Below, in pieces: positions 1 through 8,926 of a stretch of 64,000 nt of DNA. This DNA comes from an uncultured virus (IMG/VR IMGVR_UViG_3300028629_000006) (lineage: Duplodnaviria > Heunggongvirae > Uroviricota > Caudoviricetes): IMG/VR virus record IMGVR_UViG_3300028629_000006; one strand, 5' to 3'. The notes under the pieces were generated by a model. It made no database searches and was not told the DNA's origin. It worked only from the letters and a program-made list of their open reading frames with translations. The position numbers were made by a program, and so were the translations under genes. Numbering within the stretch: position 1 is the stretch's first letter; each line of letters opens with the position of its first letter.

Positions 1-3
1 CCC

Positions 4-39
4 TCCGACATTTCGCCCTTCCGCCGGGTAAGTAAGCAT
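4..39 (+). promoter_or_regulatory. Candidate phage-sigma promoter (type 2 motif) upstream of the DUF2924/LSR module
   Basis: TTCCGCCGGGTAAGTAA (19-35) matches TTCCACCGGGTAAGTAA (53086-53102), which lies directly downstream of the prophage 2 sigma gene. Confidence 0.55.
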
Positions 40-93
40 ATGGAAGGTTGTTAACCCGCCAGACGGCGTGCCGGAGGCCAGGCCAAGGGCGTC

Positions 94-300
94 GTGGGCT
101 GCAAGGAGCCGCCCGTGGACGACTGCCCTCTATCACCGGAAGAACGCCTGACCGAGGTCGCCGCCATCCTGGCCGCCGGCCTTCTGCGCATGAAGACCGC
201 CCCACCGGCCAATGCTCCCGCCCCGGGGCAATCTGCGGAATCCTCCGAAAAAGCCCTTGAGCTTTGCGCCCCGTCGAGGACTCATCCGCCTGCCGGTTAA
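94..300 (+). CDS. Small hypothetical protein preceding DUF2924
   Basis: ORF with ERLTEVAAILAAGLLRM helix, of the kind found upstream of DUF2924-LSR modules. Start uncertain. Confidence 0.5.
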   Translation: MGCKEPPVDDCPLSPEERLTEVAAILAAGLLRMKTAPPANAPAPGQSAESSEKALELCAPSRTHPPAG

Positions 301-326
301 CGGGCCGGAGAAGGGAGAGCATGCGC

Positions 327-827
327 ATGAGTCTGAACATCTCCAGGGAAGTAGCCGCCATGCGGCGCATGACGGTGCCGGAACTCCGGGAGAAGTACGC
401 CGACGCCTTCGGCGAGGCCACGACCTGCCGCCACAAGGCCTACCTCAGCAAACGGATCGCCTGGCGCCTCCAGGCCAGCGTCGAGGGCGGCCTGTCCGAG
501 CGCGCCCGGCTGCGGGCCAAGGAACTGGCCGCGGGCGCCGACGTGCGCTTGACCGCGCCGGTGCGCTGGGACACCCCGCCGCCGGAGCGCACCAGGGTTT
601 CGCGCCTGGCGCTGCCCCAGGATGGCCGCCTGCCCATGCCCGGGGCGGTCATCACCCGGGAATACAAGGGCGACACCATTGAGGTCCGCGTCCTGCCGCA
701 CGGCTTCGAGTACCTGGGCGAAGTCTACCGGACCTTGAGCGCCGTGGCCAGGGCGGTCACGGGCACCCACTGGAACGGCTACCACTTCTTCGGGCTGGGT
801 CGAAAGGACGCCGATGGCCAGGACTGA
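327..827 (+). CDS. DUF2924 domain protein
   Basis: Motifs LSKRIAWRLQ..GGLS, PGAVITREYKG and YRTLSAVARAVTGTHWNGYHFFGL. RBS upstream; overlaps the LSR start. Confidence 0.85.
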   Translation: MSLNISREVAAMRRMTVPELREKYADAFGEATTCRHKAYLSKRIAWRLQASVEGGLSERARLRAKELAAGADVRLTAPVRWDTPPPERTRVSRLALPQDGRLPMPGAVITREYKGDTIEVRVLPHGFEYLGEVYRTLSAVARAVTGTHWNGYHFFGLGRKDADGQD

Positions 828-2370
828 GATCGCCGCGCGGGCCATCCGCTGCGCCATCTACACCCGGAAGAGCACTGACGAGGGGCTGGAGCAGGAGTTC
901 AACTCCCTCGACGCCCAGCGCGAGTCGGCCGAGGCGTACATCGCGAGCCAGCGCGGCGAGGGCTGGGAATGCCTGCCCAGCCGCTACGACGACGGCGGCT
1001 ACACCGGCGGGAACATGGAGCGTCCGGCCTTGCGGCGCCTCATGGCCGACGTGGAGGTTGGCAAGGTCGACTGCATCGTGGTCTACAAGGTGGACCGCCT
1101 GAGCCGGTCGCTCTTCGATTTCGCCCAGATCATGGGCAAGCTCGACAAGCACGGCGTCTCCTTCGTGTCGGTTACCCAGCAGTTCAACACGACCACCTCG
1201 ATGGGCCGGCTGACCTTGAACGTGCTGCTCTCCTTCGCCCAATTCGAGCGCGAGATCATCTCGGAGCGCACCCGCGACAAGGTCGCCGCCGCCCGGCGCA
1301 AGGGCAAGTGGTCCGGCGGCTACCCGGTCCTCGGCTACGACGTCGTGCCGGACGGCGGGCGACTGGTGGTCAACGAGGACGAGGCCGCCCAGGTCCGGGC
1401 CATCTTCGAGCTCTACCTGGAGCACGAGTCCCTGATCGAGGCCATCAAGGCGCTGGACGCCCGCGGCTGGCGGAACAAGATCTGGACCACTCGGGAGGGC
1501 CGCGAGCGCGGCGGGAAGTCCTTCAACAAGGTCTCTCTCTTCCGCCTGCTCACCAATGTCCTCTACCTCGGCAAGATAACGCTCGGCAAGGAGTCCTTCA
1601 CCGGCGAGCACCCGCCCATCGTGGATGCCGAGGTCTTCCGCCGGGTGCAGCTGCTCCTGCGCCGGAACGGCCAATCCGGCGGGAAGCACGTCCGGAACCG
1701 CTTCGGGGCCCTGCTCAAGGGCATCCTGCGCTGCGCACCGTGTGGCTCGGCGATGGTCCACTCCCACACGCTCAAGAACGGCAACAAGCGTTATCGGTAC
1801 TACGTCTGCCTCAACGCCCAGAAGCGCGGCTGGCACGACTGCCCGTCGAAGTCCATCCCGGCCCCGGAGATCGAGAAGTTCGTGGTGGACCAGGTGCGGG
1901 CCATCGGCAAGGACAAGACGCTCGTGGCCGAGACGCTCCGGCAGGTGCGCCAGCAGGGCGGCAAGCGGCTGAGGGAGCTGGAGGCCGAGAAGATCGCCCT
2001 GGAGCGAAGCCTGGCCCGCCACAACGAGGATCTCCGGAAGCTCGTGAAGCACCTTGGCCGGGACGGCACTGCCCCCGACCGGATGGCCGACGTCCAGGAG
2101 CGCATCCGGGCGGCCGAGCAGCGGTCCACGGAGGTCCGTGAGGAACTCATCGCCATCGGCCGGGAGTTGCTCGACGAGAAGGAGGTCGCCAAGGCGCTGG
2201 CCCTCTTCGACCCGGCCTGGGACGCGCTCTCGCCGCGTGAGCAGGCGCGCATCATCCACCTGCTGGTCGAGCGCGTGGACTACGACGGCAAGAACGGCAC
2301 GGTCTCGGTGACCTTCCACCCGGCCGGCATCGAGACGCTGGCCGACGAACTCGGGGAGAATGGCAAATGA
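814..2370 (+). CDS. Large serine recombinase (LSR1)
   Basis: Catalytic IYTRKST, VYKVDRLSRS, SFAQFERE, recombinase domain, Zn ribbon (CAPC...YYVC...C) and coiled coil. Confidence 0.95.
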   Translation: MARTEIAARAIRCAIYTRKSTDEGLEQEFNSLDAQRESAEAYIASQRGEGWECLPSRYDDGGYTGGNMERPALRRLMADVEVGKVDCIVVYKVDRLSRSLFDFAQIMGKLDKHGVSFVSVTQQFNTTTSMGRLTLNVLLSFAQFEREIISERTRDKVAAARRKGKWSGGYPVLGYDVVPDGGRLVVNEDEAAQVRAIFELYLEHESLIEAIKALDARGWRNKIWTTREGRERGGKSFNKVSLFRLLTNVLYLGKITLGKESFTGEHPPIVDAEVFRRVQLLLRRNGQSGGKHVRNRFGALLKGILRCAPCGSAMVHSHTLKNGNKRYRYYVCLNAQKRGWHDCPSKSIPAPEIEKFVVDQVRAIGKDKTLVAETLRQVRQQGGKRLRELEAEKIALERSLARHNEDLRKLVKHLGRDGTAPDRMADVQERIRAAEQRSTEVREELIAIGRELLDEKEVAKALALFDPAWDALSPREQARIIHLLVERVDYDGKNGTVSVTFHPAGIETLADELGENGK

Positions 2371-2786
2371 CCAAGGGCATGACCGTCACCAGGCAGGTCC
2401 ACTTCAAGCACGGCAACGGCAGCCGGAAGGTGCTGAAGGAAGGCGAGGCGCCGAAGCCACAGCCGGTCCCCGGCAGCATCCCGCGCGTCTCGCGCCTGAT
2501 GGCCCTGGCCATTTACATGCAGGCGCTCGTGGACAAGGGCGAGGCGGTCGACTACGCCGACCTCGCGCGCCTGGCCCACGTTACCCGGGCGCGCATCACG
2601 CAGATCATGAACCTGCTCCACCTGGCCCCGGACATCCAGGAAGACCTGCTGCACCTGCCGCCCGGCAACGGCGGGCGCGACGCCCTCCGAGAGCGCATGA
2701 TGCGGCCCATCGCGGCCGTCCCCGACTGGCGGAAGCAGCGGCAGATGTGGCGGGAAGTTACGTTGCAGCCGGCGGCCATGCGCTGA
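2367..2786 (+). CDS. HTH-containing protein accompanying the LSR
   Basis: ATGA overlap with LSR1; DYADLARLAHVTRARITQIMNLLHLAPDIQE HTH-like segment. Confidence 0.75.
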   Translation: MTKGMTVTRQVHFKHGNGSRKVLKEGEAPKPQPVPGSIPRVSRLMALAIYMQALVDKGEAVDYADLARLAHVTRARITQIMNLLHLAPDIQEDLLHLPPGNGGRDALRERMMRPIAAVPDWRKQRQMWREVTLQPAAMR

Positions 2787-2798
2787 GCCTGCCGATCC

Positions 2799-3854
2799 TC
2801 AAGCGTATTCGAAACCCAGCTTCACCAATAGGCCAAACAGGTGGAACCCGAACTCCGTCCGGCCCGTGGAGTAGTACGTCGCGTTGGCTGGACGGAAGCT
2901 GTCGAGATTCGGCGGGTAGGGGATGATCGCTACTGAATAGGCAGGGCTCGCCCCCTTGGCGGGTGGCGCGATATCCAGCATGACCGTGCCGGACCGGAAC
3001 CAGAAATAGTTCTCATCATAGACCGGCACCTCGGCAGGCTGCCCTGCCGGATAGACGTGGTCCACTCCATTCAGGCGCACGGTAACCGAGAACTCACTCT
3101 GAGTCTTTGTCCAGCGCTTGTCGACCTCGATAGGCATCTTGGCGGCGACGATGTCTGGGACGTAGTTGGGCAGCGGCACCGTCGTTGTGAACTCGCCCGC
3201 ATCGCCCCAATCGATGCCGTAGGACAGGCTGCCAGAGAGGCTGTAGCTCTGCAGCAGGAAGTGCGGCCCGCCGCATGCGTTTCCGGCCCGGGACGTGCGC
3301 GCGGCCCCGTTCCAACTGGACTTGGCATTGGCCCAGGCGGTGCTCCAGGAAGTACCGAAGCCGTAGCCGGAGCGCCCATAGAGCGTCCCCGAGAAGTTCA
3401 TGCAGCTGCCGACAGGCCGCAGCCATAGCAGATTGCGCACGGCCTCGCGGACTTCGTTGACGTGAACGGCTTTGATCTTCGTGGCCGGGTTGTCGGGAAG
3501 AGACTCCTCTCGCTTGCCCACCAGCACCGGATCGGTCCAGTTGCTCTGGCCGACGAAGCGCGACAGGAAGCCCTCTTTGCCCAGGCTGATCTGCCACGCC
3601 GTTGCCGTGTCGGGGTCGTAGTAGTAGTTGAGCAGAGTTTCAACGGTTGAACGCAGAGCCCGCATGTTCTCGACGAAGATCTTGTCGTCCTTGGCCACAA
3701 GTGAGAGCGGCGAGATGGCCAGTCCATAGGTGATGTTGGCCGCGAGGACTCGCTCGTTCACCGCTTCAACAAGCTGGTTCCAGCCGCAAAGCCGCTCAGC
3801 GTCGGCGTAGATCACGGTCTCCTGAGCGACAGCGGGCCAGCCAGTGAAAGGCAC
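2799..3854 (-). CDS. Putative distal tail / receptor-binding protein
   Basis: Last gene of the tail operon. GTG start with GAGGAGG RBS; aromatic/Gly/Ser-rich beta-type C-terminus; lower GC. Confidence 0.55.
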   Translation of the reverse strand: MPFTGWPAVAQETVIYADAERLCGWNQLVEAVNERVLAANITYGLAISPLSLVAKDDKIFVENMRALRSTVETLLNYYYDPDTATAWQISLGKEGFLSRFVGQSNWTDPVLVGKREESLPDNPATKIKAVHVNEVREAVRNLLWLRPVGSCMNFSGTLYGRSGYGFGTSWSTAWANAKSSWNGAARTSRAGNACGGPHFLLQSYSLSGSLSYGIDWGDAGEFTTTVPLPNYVPDIVAAKMPIEVDKRWTKTQSEFSVTVRLNGVDHVYPAGQPAEVPVYDENYFWFRSGTVMLDIAPPAKGASPAYSVAIIPYPPNLDSFRPANATYYSTGRTEFGFHLFGLLVKLGFEYA

Positions 3855-3868
3855 GTTGCCGGCCTCCT

Positions 3869-4459
3869 CTATTGGTAGACGATCTCGGGCGTTTCCCCGC
3901 CGCCCCCACCGCCGGCAGGGAAGCGCACGAGGGCCCAACCCTCTCCAGGGCTGTTCTCGGCCCACAGTATGGCCGCGCTGCCGTCCTTGGAACTGCGCAG
4001 GCTCTCTGGGCCGTCGCCCACGTCGGCGAACTTGTCCACGTCCTCACCTTCCTCGGGCTCGGAAATGACCAGCCTGACCGGGGTGATGCCCACGGCCAGT
4101 GCCCGGGCAAGCTCTCCGGCCCTCACCGGTTCCATGAGAACCACGAAACGCCCCTTGTGGACGTCGGCTGCCGGCGTCACGCCGACCAGCGCCGGCCGGT
4201 TCTTAAACTCGTCGAGGTTGTCGGCTGGGCCGAAGATCGGGCCATCGACGCCTAGGATCTCAAATCGCTCCCGGTCTGCCCCGCTGTCGTTCCGGACCAG
4301 CACCACACCGCCAGGCAATGGCGCGGCCTTCGCGGCCGACGTCTGGTCTCTCTGCCGACGCTGGAAGTCCTGGGCGGCGTCAATGAAGGCATTGTAGGCC
4401 CCGGCCGGGATGCGGAGGCTCTCGCCCGGAGCTACCTTCCGCAGTGCGTCGCCGGCCAC
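3869..4459 (-). CDS. Putative minor tail protein
   Basis: Position in the tail operon; tightly packed with neighbours. Confidence 0.6.
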   Translation of the reverse strand: MAGDALRKVAPGESLRIPAGAYNAFIDAAQDFQRRQRDQTSAAKAAPLPGGVVLVRNDSGADRERFEILGVDGPIFGPADNLDEFKNRPALVGVTPAADVHKGRFVVLMEPVRAGELARALAVGITPVRLVISEPEEGEDVDKFADVGDGPESLRSSKDGSAAILWAENSPGEGWALVRFPAGGGGGGETPEIVYQ

Positions 4460-4462
4460 GGG

Positions 4463-5260
4463 TCAGGCCCCAATACCCAGCAGCGAGAAGTCTCCGTCCT
4501 CGTAGACCTTCTCGACGTAAATCGCCACGGGCTTCTTGATGAGGGTCTTGGCCGCCGCGTCCTCGGCGTCGGCGTAGCGCACCCACATATACTCCCAACC
4601 CTTCTTCGAGATCCCGCCGATGCCGCCGACGGTGATGCCGGCTCGGTTGGGGCTGGAGGCGAACTTGAAGCTGATCTCCCAATGCTCGGTGCCGCGCTTG
4701 CTCCCAGAGGCGCCCAGGAACAGGCACTCGCCGGGCTGGAAGCCGCGGAAAGCGGCCTGGTTCACCCGCCCCGTCAGCATGAAGAGCACACCCTTGTATG
4801 GGTTCGTGACCACGCTGTCGGCCAGGTAGTGGGTCTCCGAGAATGCGTAGACCGGGACGGTGATGTCCACGCCCTCGACGGCGTCGGCCGTGACCCCGAT
4901 GGCACCCCTGAAGTCCGGGGCGTTGGCGCCGTACCGGCCGCTGGTCGAGATGCTCTGCGTGATGTGCTGGGTGCCGCCGCCGGTGTCGAAGCTGAAAACC
5001 GGCTCGTCGCCGGCGCTGCCCGGCTCCGGGGTCTCGTACCGGACAACGACCTTCCAGGTGCGCTCGTTGATCCGTTCGGCGACCTCGATGGACTTCCGGG
5101 GCAGCCCGGCATAGCTCGAGGGCGTGCCCACCGTGGCCACGGCCTTGACCTCGTCCTCGTCGGCAGCGTCCCGGACCACGAAGGAGATCTCGGCCGAGGA
5201 CTTCTCGGCCATGGTCTCGGTGCGCCCCGAGAAGAGTTCCTCGATCACGGCCGGCATCAA
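4463..5260 (-). CDS. Putative tail hub/distal tail protein
   Basis: Immediately downstream of the tape measure gene; beta-rich sequence. Confidence 0.6.
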   Translation of the reverse strand: MMPAVIEELFSGRTETMAEKSSAEISFVVRDAADEDEVKAVATVGTPSSYAGLPRKSIEVAERINERTWKVVVRYETPEPGSAGDEPVFSFDTGGGTQHITQSISTSGRYGANAPDFRGAIGVTADAVEGVDITVPVYAFSETHYLADSVVTNPYKGVLFMLTGRVNQAAFRGFQPGECLFLGASGSKRGTEHWEISFKFASSPNRAGITVGGIGGISKKGWEYMWVRYADAEDAAAKTLIKKPVAIYVEKVYEDGDFSLLGIGA

Positions 5261-7209
5261 TCGAACTCCTGGCCGTTCTCAGCCATGCGGTCGACGATCT
5301 TCTTGGTGTTCTTGGCGGTCTCCTCAGCCGCCTTGGCGGTACGCTCCTCCACAAGCGTTGGCCCAATGGCCAGCCCCCTGGCCGCCTCGGCGCTGAACGT
5401 GCCCACGACCTCGATCTTGGAGATCCGTTCCACGGCCGGCAGGATCTCGTCCTGGAACTTCTCCCGGGGCGGGATGGTCGGCGCCTCGGGCGGCGGCTCC
5501 GGCTTCTTCTGCTCCGCGGCCAGGCGCTTGGCCCGGGCCTCGGCCACGGCCGCCGCCCACTCGTCCTTGGCCGCCTTGAGTGCGGCCTCGGAGTCGGCCA
5601 GGTCCTTGTCGTAGCTCTCCTTCCGGGCCTTGTCCTTGGCGTCGGCCTCGTCGAGGACCATGTTTATGACTTCTTTTCGCTCGACTTCGATGGCGGCTAG
5701 CTCCTTGTCGCGCTCCGCGCGGGTTGCTTCGCTCCGCACGTCGGCCGACTTGTTCATGGCTTCGGTCTGGCGGTCGATGTTGCGGCCGACGGCCTCGACG
5801 TCGATGCTGGAGTCCAAGGTGCCGAGCACCTTGGCCCACTGCTTGGCCATGAACCCCTGCACCCGGTTCCAGATCTTGAGCACGGCCGTGGAGAACCGGG
5901 TCCATAGGTTCAGCAGGAAGTTGATGGTGCCGGTCCAGATCTTCCGCAGGCCGTACCACGCCTCGGCTACCACGATGGTGAGGCCGTCGAAGGTGTCGCT
6001 CGAAGTCTGCAGGAACCAGTACTTGAAGGCGTACCAGTAGCCCTTGAGCCAGTTGATGCCCGCCTGCCAGACTACCTTCATGGATAGCCACATGATCCTG
6101 GCCGCCAGGGCGATATCGCCGGCGGCGAGCGCGTCCTTGATGCCCTGGAGCGAGTCCAGTGCGAAGGTCTTGAGATCGTCGAACCTCGCGCCCAACCACT
6201 CGAGCGCCTTCCCGCCCGCGCCGGTAGCCCACACGATATAGGCAGCCAGGCCGGCGAGCGCCGTCACCACCAGCCCCACCGGCGATAGAATGAAGCCCAG
6301 TGCGGTAGAGATCACCGAGGCCATCACGCCGAACGCCGTCCCCACCGCCGAGACCACGGGCCCCAGGGCGGTCAGCGCCGCACCCACGCCGATCAGCACC
6401 GCCCCGATCTTGAGGATCGAGACCACCAGGCCCTTGTTCTGCGACAGCCAGTCCCGGAAGGCGGTTATGAGCTGCATGACCTTACCGGCCATCTCCACCA
6501 GGAGCGGCGCCAGCGCCGAGCCCACGGTGACCACCAGGCTCTTGAGCACCGCCGTCACCCGGTTGAAGGCGTCGTTCAGCTCTGCCGCGGCCTTGGCATC
6601 CTGCGTTGACATGACGACGCCGAGGCGCCTTGCCTCGGCCCTGGCCTCCCCCAGGCCGTCGATCATGGGCAGGAGCATGGTGCCGGACTTGCCGAAGATC
6701 TCCATGGCGGCGGCCGCCTTGAGCGTGGGGTCGGTGATCTCGTTGAGCCGCTTGGCGATGGCCAGGAACTGGTCCTCGGGTTTCAAGAGCTGCAGCTGCT
6801 CGGCGTCGAACCCCAGCGTGGCCAGGGCCTCGGCTGCCGTCTTCGACCCGTCGGCGGCGTTGACGATCACACGCTGCATGCGCTTGGCTGCGGCCTCGAC
6901 CTCGGTCAGGTCTGCGCCGGCCAAACCCGCCGCGTAGCCCAGCTCAGACAGCGTCTCCACGCTGAACCCGGTGCGCTTGGACATCTTGTCGAGCTGGTCG
7001 CCCATCTCGGAGTAGCCCTTGGCGCTGGCCAGCAAGGGCGCCACGATACCGGCCCCCAGGGCCATCATCTTGAGTCCGGAGGCTTGCAGGCCGGCGCCGA
7101 AGGCCTTCAGGCGCCTGGAGGCGCCCTGCAGGCCCTTCACCAGCTTCGCATCGTTGGCGTAAAGCTCGATGAAGGCCGCGCCGGCCCGGATGCCGCCCGC
7201 CAGAGCCAT
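5257..7209 (-). CDS. Tail tape measure protein
   Basis: 650 aa, Ala-rich helical; IRAGAAFIEL N-terminus, LDKMSKRTG..VETLSELGYAA, AAAMEIFGKSG, hydrophobic middle region. Confidence 0.9.
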   Translation of the reverse strand: MALAGGIRAGAAFIELYANDAKLVKGLQGASRRLKAFGAGLQASGLKMMALGAGIVAPLLASAKGYSEMGDQLDKMSKRTGFSVETLSELGYAAGLAGADLTEVEAAAKRMQRVIVNAADGSKTAAEALATLGFDAEQLQLLKPEDQFLAIAKRLNEITDPTLKAAAAMEIFGKSGTMLLPMIDGLGEARAEARRLGVVMSTQDAKAAAELNDAFNRVTAVLKSLVVTVGSALAPLLVEMAGKVMQLITAFRDWLSQNKGLVVSILKIGAVLIGVGAALTALGPVVSAVGTAFGVMASVISTALGFILSPVGLVVTALAGLAAYIVWATGAGGKALEWLGARFDDLKTFALDSLQGIKDALAAGDIALAARIMWLSMKVVWQAGINWLKGYWYAFKYWFLQTSSDTFDGLTIVVAEAWYGLRKIWTGTINFLLNLWTRFSTAVLKIWNRVQGFMAKQWAKVLGTLDSSIDVEAVGRNIDRQTEAMNKSADVRSEATRAERDKELAAIEVERKEVINMVLDEADAKDKARKESYDKDLADSEAALKAAKDEWAAAVAEARAKRLAAEQKKPEPPPEAPTIPPREKFQDEILPAVERISKIEVVGTFSAEAARGLAIGPTLVEERTAKAAEETAKNTKKIVDRMAENGQEFD

Positions 7210-7212
7210 TGG

Positions 7213-7425
7213 CTACTTCCCAGGCCCCGGATCGGCTAGGGCCCACCACCCGGCTGGAAGATCGACCACGGCCGGGATCTCCTGGCCCTTGCCGTCAGCC
7301 ACCCAGACCTTGACGCCCCTAACCGTCTCCCTGAGCCGCACCGGCTCCCCCGCCGGCACCACGATCACGTGACTCCCGCAGCCTGCGGAGAAGACGCTCG
7401 CGCAGATCGTCGCGGCGAGCACCAT
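7213..7425 (-). CDS. Small lipoprotein (o-spanin-like candidate)
   Basis: Hydrophobic N-terminus ending in a lipobox-like FSAGC; overlaps the upstream ORF in another frame. Confidence 0.5.
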   Translation of the reverse strand: MVLAATICASVFSAGCGSHVIVVPAGEPVRLRETVRGVKVWVADGKGQEIPAVVDLPAGWWALADPGPGK

Positions 7426-7546
7426 CTTCCACAGTGTCGGCCAGCCCCCTGCGAATCGCATCGGCCATCACCTCCACGAGCACCGGGGCGCACTCGGCGA
7501 GCATCGCGCCGAGGAAGCGCCCCAGTGCGACCGCCAAGCCGCTCAC
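7319..7546 (-). CDS. Small membrane-anchored protein (i-spanin-like candidate)
   Basis: GTG start overlapping the holin-like stop (GTGA); hydrophobic N-terminus followed by a charged helix. Confidence 0.4.
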   Translation of the reverse strand: MSGLAVALGRFLGAMLAECAPVLVEVMADAIRRGLADTVEDGARRDDLRERLLRRLRESRDRGAGGGAGAAQGDG

Positions 7547-7740
7547 TTTGCGCCCACCGACTCCGAGGACTTGTCGTTGTCCCGCGCGGCGATCAGACCG
7601 ATGCCGGCCGCCACGGCCGCCAGCGTCGCCGTCCAGTCCGGGTTCGTCGCCGGGTCGCCGTCGACCAGCAGCTTCACCGCCCCGGCCACGGCCGTCAGGA
7701 TCGCGCACACGCCCATCACCGTGGTCTTCCAGCTCTTCAC
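7543..7740 (-). CDS. Holin-like two-TM protein
   Basis: KSWKTTVMG + two hydrophobic segments + charged tail (ARDNDKSSE); AGGAGG RBS. Confidence 0.6.
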   Translation of the reverse strand: MKSWKTTVMGVCAILTAVAGAVKLLVDGDPATNPDWTATLAAVAAGIGLIAARDNDKSSESVGAK

Positions 7741-7741
7741 G

Positions 7742-7960
7742 TCAGCCCTCCTTTCTGCCTGCCTTGCCATCCACGAAGACCGCCTTCAGGATGGATAGGT
7801 CCTTGGTCTTGGGTGCCGGCTCCCGGCCACGGGTCCGGTACGGATGGAAGTCCTCCGCGCCGTAGGGACCGTGCTTCTTGGGATCTCGGTGGACGTTGGC
7901 GAGGATGGCCATCACCGCCGCCGTATGGTTCCAGGCCTCCCGGCTGCGGCCCTCGGCCAT
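7742..7960 (-). CDS. Tail assembly chaperone T-like segment
   Basis: Frame extends upstream without a start codon (QLIWRLAGVVGVAPGPLTLRELAWM) in the -1 frame of the G-like gene. Confidence 0.55.
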   Translation of the reverse strand: MAEGRSREAWNHTAAVMAILANVHRDPKKHGPYGAEDFHPYRTRGREPAPKTKDLSILKAVFVDGKAGRKEG

Positions 7961-7995
7961 CCAGGCGAGTTCCCGGAGCGTCAGCGGGCCGGGGG

Positions 7996-8469
7996 CTACC
8001 CCGACGACGCCGGCGAGCCGCCAGATGAGCTGCCAAGTTCGGCCAGCGCTGCCTCGAACCGCCGGTCGAGTTCGGGGCTCGCCAGACGCTCCTCGGCCAC
8101 GGCCAGAGCCTTGGCCTGGAAGACTCCCAGCTTGTCCATCGCTTTCCGGAGCACCTTCCGGCGGGGAGAGGGGAAAAAATCGACGAGTTCCTCCAAGAGC
8201 GCCGCCGTCGCGCCGTCGAGCGCATCGCCGCCCATCGCTCGGCCGAAGTCCTCGTCCGAAACCTTCTGCGCGTCGGCCTCGGGCTTGACCACCGCGTAGA
8301 GCACGTCGCAGAGGAATACCGGATCGCCCGAGAGCCGGTCGATCAGCTTCCCTTCCAGCACTTCGAGGAGGTCCACGTCCAGGAGCGAGCGCACCCGCTT
8401 GAGCGCATCGACGTTGATCTGCACCGACCAGGCGCGGCCGGCGTTATCCTTGAAGGTCCGCATCGCCAT
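7996..8469 (-). CDS. Tail assembly chaperone G-like
   Basis: Lies between the tail tube and tape measure genes; acidic helical protein. Confidence 0.7.
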   Translation of the reverse strand: MAMRTFKDNAGRAWSVQINVDALKRVRSLLDVDLLEVLEGKLIDRLSGDPVFLCDVLYAVVKPEADAQKVSDEDFGRAMGGDALDGATAALLEELVDFFPSPRRKVLRKAMDKLGVFQAKALAVAEERLASPELDRRFEAALAELGSSSGGSPASSG

Positions 8470-8476
8470 CCCCCTC

Positions 8477-8914
8477 TCAGGCCACCTTCATCCACTCGGG
8501 CGCGTGCTCGGCGTAGGTCGGCTTGATGGTCACCGACACCGACATGGCCTCCTCGAGCGGCTCCTTGCGGCTGAAGCTGATCACCGACATCGTGGCGCGC
8601 AGCCCCTGGCTGCCGCTCGTGGCGATGGGCCCGTCCATCACCGCCATCTCGACCGGCGTGTCGCCGAACCAGGCGTTCTGGAGGGCGGTGAAGCCGGCGT
8701 CCTCGGTATCCCAGACCATCTCGAACTCGATGGAGCCCTCCTTCAAGGTGCCCACCGTCGCCTTCCAGCCGGCGTTGCCGCGCGTGGTGACGTCGGCCTC
8801 GCCCTTTTCCAGGTTCAAGGTCACGTCCTTGGCGTTCTTCAGCTCCTTCCAGTCCGGCGTCGCGTAGTCGCCGGCGTTGTAGTAGAGCTTCCCTTCCATG
8901 CCGAGTCTGTTCAT
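8477..8914 (-). CDS. Major tail tube protein (TP901-1-like)
   Basis: KDVTLNLEKGEADVTTR..GWKATVGTLKEGSIEFEMVWD and FSRKEPLEEAMSVSVTIKP. Confidence 0.85.
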   Translation of the reverse strand: MNRLGMEGKLYYNAGDYATPDWKELKNAKDVTLNLEKGEADVTTRGNAGWKATVGTLKEGSIEFEMVWDTEDAGFTALQNAWFGDTPVEMAVMDGPIATSGSQGLRATMSVISFSRKEPLEEAMSVSVTIKPTYAEHAPEWMKVA

Positions 8915-8926
8915 GCTCTCACCCTC

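Noticed and set aside
757..2319. Long antisense/alternate-frame ORFs (also 11534-13396, 20913-22964, 25625-27433, 47261-49177, 53389-55509, 55821-57596)
   Set aside because: Shadow ORFs of recognisable genes in GC-rich DNA; no motifs.
2799..3854. Possible diversity-generating retroelement target
   Set aside because: No reverse transcriptase and no template/variable repeat pair seen in the window.
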